DNA from: a virus
Lineage: Duplodnaviria; Heunggongvirae; Uroviricota; Caudoviricetes
Virus record (IMG/VR): IMGVR_UViG_2660238423_000033
DNA length: 14,990 nucleotides
Direction: 5' to 3' (one strand)
Of this stretch, positions 7,790 to 13,772 are shown in pieces. The notes under the pieces were generated by a model. The model saw only the letters and a list, made by a program, of their open reading frames with translations, was not told the DNA's origin and did not search any database. The number at the start of each line of letters is the position of its first letter. Position 1 is the stretch's first letter. The position numbers and the translations under genes were made by a program.

Positions 7790-8013
7790 TCAGTCCCTGA
7801 TCCCTTTCAGAAATTCTATCAATGCATCTATCTGTTCAGGATTTACCGCCAGCATTTCACCGGATAGAGCACATCTCACAAAACCATGCTGATCCTTTTC
7901 AATCAGTGCGCCCGTCTCCAGGAATGCGCGGTAATCATTGATGCTCATCGTCTCCATGTTGTCAGCATGGTATTTATCACGCTGTTTTAATATCTCATCA
8001 AATTTCATCGGCA
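7790..8013 (-). CDS. hypothetical protein (74 aa from the ATG at 8013; ORF track extends to 8092)
   Basis: MPMKFDEILKQRDKYHADNMETMSINDYRAFLETGALIEK...; GAGGA lies 7 nt upstream of the ATG at 8013. Flanked by terminators on both sides, so it is a stand-alone transcription unit. No family recognised. Confidence 0.5.
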
Positions 8014-8107
8014 TTGTTTTTTCCTCTGTTGTGTCTGTTTGTTTCAGATAGTAACTATGCCTGACCGTGACGAAAACCCGGTAATGCACCATACCGTTTC
8101 AACTGGT

Positions 8108-8134
8108 GCAAAAAAAGCCGGATTTCTCCGGCTG
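8108..8134 (-). terminator. rho-independent terminator after the perC-like gene
   Basis: Same 24 nt sequence as the terminator at 7755-7780 (aaaaagccggatttctccggctgt on the plus strand); the minus-strand hairpin is followed by U7. Confidence 0.65.
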
Positions 8135-8138
8135 TTGA

Positions 8139-8411
8139 TTAGCTGTCTGGGTAATTACGCCATATTTCATCGCTTACACCATCTATACCCATTTCAGCAT
8201 AAGTGCGATCTACTGCCTTTCTCAGGTCTCTGAAGTTATCCGGCGGCTCCGGTGGCTTCTGTGCCTTCCTGGAACATTCCAGCCGTCGCATCGTAACCTG
8301 ATGCCGTTCCTTGTCTGTCTCCACCAGCAGCATGACTTCACCCCATCGCGCCGCCGCCCTCCGGTAAAAGCCTTTCGCCTCGAGTTCTTCCGCTATGCGG
8401 TCATGTACCAT
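8139..8411 (-). CDS. PerC-like transcriptional regulator (91 aa from the ATG at 8411)
   Basis: MVHDRIAEELEAKGFYRRAAARWGEVMLLVETD resembles the PerC family N-terminus as I remember it. GAGGGGG lies 5 nt upstream of the ATG at 8411; the longer track ORF would overlap ssb. Confidence 0.5.
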   Translation of the reverse strand: MVHDRIAEELEAKGFYRRAAARWGEVMLLVETDKERHQVTMRRLECSRKAQKPPEPPDNFRDLRKAVDRTYAEMGIDGVSDEIWRNYPDS

Positions 8412-8421
8412 CGCCACCCCC

Positions 8422-8832
8422 TCAGAACGGAATACCGTCACCGTAAGGGTCATCGCCTCCCGCTGGTGGCTGATTACCCTGTGTGCCTGTGGTTTTGCGT
8501 CTGTTCCCGCCAGGAAGTGCCGCACGGGCACTGATTACGCTGTCTGCAATAACCTGATAACCCTGCCGCGTTTCCCCATTCTGTCCGGTCCACTGGCTGA
8601 CCTGCATCGTGCCGGATACGCTGGCAACGTCGCCTTTTTGATGTTTAGCCAGGAAGTCGGCCTGCTTACCAAATGCGATGACCGATAGCCATAACGTCGC
8701 CTGCCCATCCTGCGCCTGACTACATGGCAGCGATACCGCCATACGCGCCAGCGTCATCGGTGTACCCTTGCTGGTCTGTTTTACCTGCGGGTCGTCCACC
8801 AGCCGCCCGTAAGCTGCTATCTGTGCTGTCAT
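8422..8832 (-). CDS. ssb: single-stranded DNA-binding protein (short, 136 aa)
   Basis: OB-fold core WLSVIAFGKQADFLAKHQKGDVASVSGTMQVSQWTGQNGETRQGYQVIADSV, a Gly/Pro/Gln-rich linker and the canonical acidic C-terminal tail ending DGIPF. GGAGAGGTGG precedes the ATG. Confidence 0.8.
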   Translation of the reverse strand: MTAQIAAYGRLVDDPQVKQTSKGTPMTLARMAVSLPCSQAQDGQATLWLSVIAFGKQADFLAKHQKGDVASVSGTMQVSQWTGQNGETRQGYQVIADSVISARAALPGGNRRKTTGTQGNQPPAGGDDPYGDGIPF

Positions 8833-9107
8833 GATTCCACCTCTCCGGTTTTAACGTTGATGGTTGTTACCTGTTCCGCTTCGGCAATCTCCCGCTCTGT
8901 CAGCGTGGCAAAATTTGCCGCCGTCGTGGTCATGAATGCGCTTATCAGTTCGGGATGTGCTTTCGCGTATCCTTCCCCCGCGTGGCGGTCTATCGTTCTG
9001 ATTGCCACCTTTAAAGCGTGCTCTGTCATGTCTAACGCGCGATATTTCGGTTCTGTTCTGTCTCTGCGTTTTTTGAGTGATTTATTAAATTTCCCTGAAG
9101 TGTGCAT
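8829..9107 (-). CDS. hypothetical protein (92 aa), first gene downstream of the origin
   Basis: ATG at 9107 with GAGGGGG upstream; its stop overlaps the ssb start (ATGA). No family recognised. Confidence 0.45.
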   Translation of the reverse strand: MHTSGKFNKSLKKRRDRTEPKYRALDMTEHALKVAIRTIDRHAGEGYAKAHPELISAFMTTTAANFATLTEREIAEAEQVTTINVKTGEVES

Positions 9108-9149
9108 ATTTATTTTTACCCCCTCGTTTAAAAAGTTTTGAGTTGTGCC

Positions 9150-9385
9150 TCCCCTTGTCTACCTTATCTACCTTAGTGGCCCTCATACCAGTAATGGCGC
9201 GGCTTTCAGCTGGGTAGAGTGCTTTTATCCACTATCTACCCCGTGTCTACCTCCCTGTCTGATTCAGGTAAAATCAGGTAGAGAGGGTAGATAGTGGGTA
9301 GACAGTAAAAAAAGGCTATCTACCTAACTTAATGCACTGAATTAAATGTATTTTTCTTTACTCAGGTAGACAGGGTAGACAGCAA
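9150..9385. repeat. replication origin: iteron array (GGTAGACA and variants, both orientations) around an AT-rich core
   Basis: At least 11 copies of GGTAGA(C/T/G)A or its complement TGTCTACC/TATCTACC (for example 9156, 9166, 9233, 9244, 9278, 9287, 9298, 9317, 9366, 9375), with an AT-rich stretch at 9330-9360. Begins 14 bp after the pri-rep stop. Confidence 0.65.
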
Positions 9386-9395
9386 TTACAAAAAA

Positions 9396-11150
9396 TTATA
9401 AAAACGCGTCGCACTCGTCTGTTGTTATTGCGTTAGTCTGCGTTACTCCCTTAACTTTCCGCGTAATATATTCATGTCCGTAAACTTTCGCGGCTGGCTT
9501 CATAGCCTTGCCAAAGTCATTTACGTTTAGCGGTTTGCTCCTGCCTGCGTACGCCATAAACGCCAGATAGACGCGGTAAAGGCTGTTTCTGGTCGTGTAC
9601 TTCACTGAATCGCCACCGCCGCCCATCATCAGGCCGCGTGCTTCCTCCAGAAAATTCAGGAACTGGCAAAACTCAATAACCGGATCCGTCTGTTGCTTTA
9701 TTGCCAGAGCTTCATCACCGTCACGCTGTTCCAGTAGTAAAGCCCGTGCCTTCTCAGGGTCGGTAAAGTTCGCCAGCAATCGGCGGATAATGACAGGGAT
9801 TTCAGCCGCGATCTTTTCCGGTAGCTCCCTGTCTTTTTCGGCCTCACTGACGATATTGTCGAAACGGAAAATCACGCGACGACGTGCCACACCTCCGGCC
9901 CGTTCGGTGAATATCATCGGGTTATTGTTGGTCGCCAGCACCACCGCCCTGATTACAGCCGTGAAACGCTTTTCGTATTTCGGGTTAATTTCCACGGGGT
10001 CACCGCCCGTGATTTTCTTGATGCCCGTTCCTTCGCCTGTATATTTCGGCTGGTCAGCCAGGACGATAAGACGACTCCCGACAACCTGCGCACGTCCACC
10101 AGCATCATCAAGCGATGTCATTTCAGCGCTTACCGTGTTCTGTTTCCCTGCCAGAAGGCTGGCTATGTGCGTGAATGTACTTTTACCGCTCCCGCCGTCT
10201 CCGGTGGCCTCAATAAACATCTGCCAGTCGTACCGGTTCGCCATAATCATGTACAGCGCGGCACATATACGCATCATCTTGCGCGGGTCTTTTCCGGCTG
10301 CGTGCTCAAGCCATTTATGAAAGTTTGGCGCGTTATCGCGGATGTTCTCCCCTGGTGCTGGTGGCGTGTACTCAATGCCGTTGTGCGTGGTGATCCAGTT
10401 CTCCGGCGTGTGCGGGGAAAATTCCCCCGTTTTCAGGTCAAGCGCACCATTGGCGAACGGCAGCAAATCGCCGGACGGCTCGCCCATTGGTTCGGCAATA
10501 ACTTTTAACGCTTCCACGGCGTTATTGATTACGCGCTTGCTGAAAGTGGCCCTGTGCTCTGAATAGATCGCCACCATTTCGCGGCTAAGTTCCATTGTGC
10601 TGACCGGACACCATACCCCGCCGCGCCATACGTGAACGATTTCACTTTCAGGATGTACGCAAACGCCATCAAAGCGATCGGCAAGCAGCTGCGCGCGCTC
10701 ACTGTCCGCCATCTGCGAAAGTTGCGCCTTTTGCTTTACCGGAAGCTCAATGACCAGACCATCAGAAAGATTCTGGCGCTCACGAGCCAGATATTCGCGC
10801 CAGTTCTCCACCTTCTGACCGTGCATACCATCAGGGTAAAAATTTGCATCCTGTACGCCTGCCGCCGCCAGCTTCTGACCAATCGCCTTTATCATTACTG
10901 GCGCAAGATATCCGGCCCTGAATATGCGCACGGATTTTCTGCCTTCCGGCACAATTTGCAGCTTATCCAGTTCGGATAACTGCTGCTCCCCAAGCCACAC
11001 AGGAGGCTCATTATCTCCGGCCATACGCGCGTCATGTTCCTGCCATTGTTTTGCGTGTGACCAGGCATCACTACCCGCAAAAATAATGACTTCAGTTTCT
11101 TTGTGTTTTATGCCGCGTGACTGCTGTTTTACGTTCGGTGCCAGTTTCAT
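9396..11150 (-). CDS. primase/replication initiator (Pri-Rep), P4-alpha/D5-like with a Walker A NTPase
   Basis: 584 aa; Walker A motif ATGDGGSGKST mid-protein, with the N-terminal half consistent with a primase region. ATG at 11150 has AGGGG upstream and overlaps the upstream stop. Confidence 0.85.
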   Translation of the reverse strand: MKLAPNVKQQSRGIKHKETEVIIFAGSDAWSHAKQWQEHDARMAGDNEPPVWLGEQQLSELDKLQIVPEGRKSVRIFRAGYLAPVMIKAIGQKLAAAGVQDANFYPDGMHGQKVENWREYLARERQNLSDGLVIELPVKQKAQLSQMADSERAQLLADRFDGVCVHPESEIVHVWRGGVWCPVSTMELSREMVAIYSEHRATFSKRVINNAVEALKVIAEPMGEPSGDLLPFANGALDLKTGEFSPHTPENWITTHNGIEYTPPAPGENIRDNAPNFHKWLEHAAGKDPRKMMRICAALYMIMANRYDWQMFIEATGDGGSGKSTFTHIASLLAGKQNTVSAEMTSLDDAGGRAQVVGSRLIVLADQPKYTGEGTGIKKITGGDPVEINPKYEKRFTAVIRAVVLATNNNPMIFTERAGGVARRRVIFRFDNIVSEAEKDRELPEKIAAEIPVIIRRLLANFTDPEKARALLLEQRDGDEALAIKQQTDPVIEFCQFLNFLEEARGLMMGGGGDSVKYTTRNSLYRVYLAFMAYAGRSKPLNVNDFGKAMKPAAKVYGHEYITRKVKGVTQTNAITTDECDAFL

Positions 11151-11446
11151 TTTTTACCCCTGAATACGTTAAGCATCTTTTTTATTTCCTGAATATTGGC
11201 GCGTGCTTTCTTCCTGCTGGTTGGTTTACTGCGGGGCGCTGCCTGTACCAGAGAAAAATCACGCCGAAACTGATAAACAGGCATCACGCAATCATATTCG
11301 TAGCCTTCACGGCGGTAGGTTACGCGCCGTTCTTCCACGCCCTTAATCATTACCGTGCCGCCGTACTGGTCGCGGTAAATATCACCGCGCGTAAATTTAG
11401 GGTGAGTGTTGCCACTGGCAGTTAAGCCAGAATATTTAAGTTTCAT
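11147..11446 (-). CDS. hypothetical protein (99 aa), coupled to pri-rep
   Basis: ATG at 11446 with GGAG upstream; stop overlaps the pri-rep start (ATGA). Basic C-terminus. No family recognised. Confidence 0.5.
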   Translation of the reverse strand: MKLKYSGLTASGNTHPKFTRGDIYRDQYGGTVMIKGVEERRVTYRREGYEYDCVMPVYQFRRDFSLVQAAPRSKPTSRKKARANIQEIKKMLNVFRGKK

Positions 11447-11451
11447 TATTT

Positions 11452-11685
11452 TTATTCTCCGGTGTGCTGTTCTTTATATCTGTCGTGCAATAGATCTATT
11501 TCTTGCAGTTCCATTATTACAGGCTCAAGAAGCGTTATTAATGCCGTGGCAATTCTTGATTTTTGTTTGTCGCGTTCATTGTCGCCAAGTGTTTCAAGCC
11601 ATATGCGCAATATTTCCAGCATGTTTTCACTGTGAGAAAGTGCAAGAAATGCGCGGTATATTGTTTCGTGGTAAATATCACGCAT
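11452..11685 (-). CDS. hypothetical protein (77 aa)
   Basis: ATG at 11685 with GAGGA 8 nt upstream; overlaps the upstream gene by 8 nt. Confidence 0.5.
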   Translation of the reverse strand: MRDIYHETIYRAFLALSHSENMLEILRIWLETLGDNERDKQKSRIATALITLLEPVIMELQEIDLLHDRYKEQHTGE

Positions 11686-11911
11686 GGCTTACATCCTCAG
11701 GAAATTTTCTTCTGTAATGCGCCTCTGCCACATATTCCGCATAATCGGCGGCGATATTCAGTACATCAAGCCCCGTTGATTTATATTCTCTCGTGGAAAG
11801 TAAGAAAAAAGCCGCTCTAATAAGCTCTGGCATTGACGAAAGCGCATCAGCCGCATCATCAGGAACGCCGGAAAATTCCTGTTTCAGGGAATTAAAACGA
11901 TCATCACGCAT
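11678..11911 (-). CDS. hypothetical protein (about 78 aa from the ATG at 11911; ORF track extends to 11938)
   Basis: MRDDRFNSLKQEFSGVPDDAADALSSMPELIRAAFFLL...; GGGGTGG upstream of the 11911 ATG. Start choice is uncertain. Confidence 0.4.
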   Translation of the reverse strand: MRDDRFNSLKQEFSGVPDDAADALSSMPELIRAAFFLLSTREYKSTGLDVLNIAADYAEYVAEAHYRRKFPEDVSHA

Positions 11912-12143
11912 AACCACCCCCATTTTCACAATCAGCAATCAGGATGGCTTTAGCCTCATTCAGCGCCATATCAGCACTAAGTTGCATAACCGCCAGCGAA
12001 TGAGGAACGAAAGCCCCGGCATATTCTGTTTCACTGGTGTCGTGCTTATGCGCCCTGTCAGCAATAACAGAAATATCAATCAGCGCATGCATTAGCGTTA
12101 TGATGGCTTCGGCGGCTGCGTCCGGACGGGTGTTATTGCACAT
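11904..12143 (-). CDS. hypothetical protein (79 aa)
   Basis: Strong AGGAGGT 6 nt upstream of the ATG at 12143. No family recognised. Confidence 0.55.
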   Translation of the reverse strand: MCNNTRPDAAAEAIITLMHALIDISVIADRAHKHDTSETEYAGAFVPHSLAVMQLSADMALNEAKAILIADCENGGGYA

Positions 12144-12339
12144 GGCACACCTCCTGACGAATACGGGCAGCGAATACCATCACGCAGCCAGCCGGAGATT
12201 GCTGGCGTGCTTCCTGTTCGCTGGTGGCCTCAATGGTAATCACGCGCGGTTGTGCCGTGCTCAGGGCGATAAAACGCCAGATGTATTTATTCAGGTTGTG
12301 CGAGTCCCGCCCTTGCGGGTGTATGGTATGATTTCTCAT
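12133..12339 (-). CDS. hypothetical protein (68 aa), first gene of the leftward operon
   Basis: Internal ATG at 12339 of the 339-codon track ORF, with GAGG 5 nt upstream. Only this C-terminal part has a ribosome-binding site; the remainder of the long ORF is rejected. Confidence 0.4.
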   Translation of the reverse strand: MRNHTIHPQGRDSHNLNKYIWRFIALSTAQPRVITIEATSEQEARQQSPAGCVMVFAARIRQEVCHVQ

Positions 12340-12529
12340 AGCTACCTCGATACTTTCGCTATCGTTGGTGGTTAGACGCCCTGCATGTGTGCCACCACTG
12401 CGGGGCGTTGTTGTTTGGTGCATCGCACCATTCGTTTTTAACCTATCAGTAAGTGAATCGCACTTCAAGTCTTTCTCTGAAATTTTTTTTGTGTATACTG
12501 AATCGCACCAACTTAGAGAGGATTCAGTA
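12340..12529. promoter_or_regulatory. divergent promoter/operator region between the leftward operon and the plus-strand RHH gene
   Basis: Plus-strand candidate -10 TATACT at 12494-12499 with a TG just upstream. Direct repeats TGAATCGCAC at 12454-12463 and 12499-12508, plus a related CATCGCACC at 12421-12429. Confidence 0.4.
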
Positions 12530-12709
12530 ATGGCAACAGGTTCAACAAATAATAAGTCGCAACAGTTAAATGCCAGATTCCCGCATGATGTTGTTGCAGA
12601 CTTAGAAAAAAATTTAGATGAAGGTGAAAGCAAGGCGCAATTTATAGTTACTGCCGTTAAAGGTGAGATCAAACGCCGCCAGCGTCGCAAGGCCAAAGAG
12701 CAGGAGTAA
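12530..12709 (+). CDS. ribbon-helix-helix (Arc/Mnt-like) DNA-binding protein, 59 aa
   Basis: QQLNARFPHDVVADLEKNLDEGESKAQFIVTAVKGEIKRR aligns by eye with the Arc repressor strand-helix-helix (QFNLRWPREVLDLVRKVAEENGRSVNSEIYQRVMESF). GAGAGGA precedes the ATG at 12530. Confidence 0.5.
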   Translation: MATGSTNNKSQQLNARFPHDVVADLEKNLDEGESKAQFIVTAVKGEIKRRQRRKAKEQE

Positions 12710-12766
12710 CCATCACCAGCGCCGTGGTGTGAGTAACTACGGCGCATTGCTATGCAGGACAACACA

Positions 12767-12940
12767 ATGACCGATAAAGAATTGACCAAAACATTATCAC
12801 CGGCACGGAAAAGACGGCGCAGAAAGATAGAACATGAATCAGAAAGATTCGCGCCATGTGCTTTTGCCCTTGAGCAATTCCTTAAAGAGTACAGGGAAAA
12901 GCGCTCATTGCAGGTATGGCAACGAACTGAACCAGACTGA
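12767..12940 (+). CDS. hypothetical small basic protein (57 aa from the ATG at 12767)
   Basis: MTDKELTKTLSPARKRRRRKIEHESERFAPCAFALEQFLKEY; AGGA 7 nt upstream. Co-oriented with the RHH gene and upstream of the plus-strand terminator. Weak call. Confidence 0.3.
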   Translation: MTDKELTKTLSPARKRRRRKIEHESERFAPCAFALEQFLKEYREKRSLQVWQRTEPD

Positions 12941-13035
12941 TTGCATTGCCCACCAGCCTGATAGCGGCTATCATCCCCGTGCTTATGTTTGGGATCACAC
13001 ACACAAACGGCGCAGCGGGTTATCTGTTCAGAAAG

Positions 13036-13063
13036 GCGGCTCCATTTCGGGGCCGCTTTTTTT
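13036..13063 (+). terminator. rho-independent terminator ending the plus-strand cassette
   Basis: gcggctcc-atttc-ggggccgc, an 8 bp stem with one G-U pair, followed by T7 (13057-13063). Confidence 0.6.
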
Positions 13064-13209
13064 ATGCCTGAAAAACCCCAATTTTGTGGTTTTCCAGTCT
13101 CACCAGGGCGAACGAATCCCCGCCCACGTTCTGGCGTATATTCAATCTTCATGGTTATAGCTCTGTGTTCAGATGATTGATGTGTGGCGGCTGTGTGCCG
13201 CCAGCGTGA

Positions 13210-13398
13210 TTAATGAACTGCCTTGCAGCTATCCTTCCAGGCCAGAACCTCGGATAAAGACCAGCCAACGGAACGACCGCCAAGTTTACGACGTGATGGG
13301 AATTGTCCGGCCTTTTCCAGGCGGTAGCGGCATGAGCGGCTAAGGCCTGTTAGCTTTTCGCATTCTTTTTCACGTATAAACCGATCAGTGCTTAACAC
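13210..13398 (-). CDS. alpA: AlpA-family transcriptional regulator / excisionase-like protein
   Basis: 62 aa; EKECEKLTGLSRSCRYRLEKAGQFPSRRKLGGRSVGWSLSEVLAW matches the AlpA family. The start is GTG at 13398 with AGGGGG 6 nt upstream. A hairpin without a U-tract (tggcggc-tgtgt-gccgcca, 13185-13203) lies 7 nt downstream. Confidence 0.85.
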   Translation of the reverse strand: MLSTDRFIREKECEKLTGLSRSCRYRLEKAGQFPSRRKLGGRSVGWSLSEVLAWKDSCKAVH

Positions 13399-13680
13399 TA
13401 TTGCCCCCTTTCGTTTCTTAAAGAGTTATTTCGTGTTCTATTGCGTTGGGATGTGTCTGATTGTGTCAGGATGATTCAGAGTTGGCAAATGTTGAGGTCG
13501 TATGGTTTACAGAAACAGGAATAATCAGGATAAAATCATTTAAATTCATGTTAATACAAAGGCATAAAATATTGTTTCATGCCTTTTTTCTCGCCATTTA
13601 AAGAGTGATTCGCTAGTGTATAAAAAACCAGTAACACATTAAAAATCAGCCACTTATAAATCCGTACACTTTTTCGCCTC

Positions 13681-13730
13681 TTGTTCGTAGTTGTTCCGCA
13701 TTGTTGCTCATTGTTGCATGTTGTATCTGT
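13681..13730 (-). repeat. five 10-bp-phased (G/C)AACAA-type repeats upstream of alpA
   Basis: Plus strand reads ttgttcgtag ttgttccgca ttgttgctca ttgttgcatg ttgtatctgt, five consecutive 10-mers each starting TTGT(T/A); on the minus strand these are ...GAACAA, GAACAA, CAACAA, CAACAA, ATACAA. Same motif family as 7709-7738 and 246-275. Confidence 0.5.
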
Positions 13731-13740
13731 TCGCATATCC

Positions 13741-13756
13741 AGTATGCGCATACTGA
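13741..13756. promoter_or_regulatory. perfect 16 bp palindrome CAGTATGCGCATACTG between the int stop and the phased repeats
   Basis: cagtatgc/gcatactg is exactly self-complementary. No U-tract follows on either strand, so it looks like a dimeric protein-binding site rather than a terminator. Confidence 0.4.
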
Positions 13757-13772
13757 AAAAACACGAAAAAAA

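Noticed and set aside
9150-9385. Possible CRISPR array suggested by the repeated GGTAGACA units
   Set aside because: Units are 8 bp, irregularly spaced, in both orientations and without unique spacers, and sit next to a replicase gene. They are iterons of an origin, not CRISPR repeats.
9595-10320. 241 aa plus-strand ORF inside the pri-rep gene, and the similar ORFs at 10167-10508 and 10632-10979
   Set aside because: Antisense to a well-supported Walker-A primase gene, no ribosome-binding site, Ser/Arg/Pro-rich composition typical of antisense frames.
12133-13152. 339-codon open frame on the minus strand spanning the alpA-proximal region
   Set aside because: Low-complexity Cys/Ser/Arg-rich translation, antisense to two plus-strand ORFs that have ribosome-binding sites, and it runs through the plus-strand terminator. 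Only its last 68 codons (12133-12339) have a Shine-Dalgarno sequence and are kept as a tentative gene.
13551-13751. 66 aa ORF in the int-alpA intergenic region
   Set aside because: Lies across the phased repeat array and the AT-rich promoter region, has no ribosome-binding site, and has an implausible composition.
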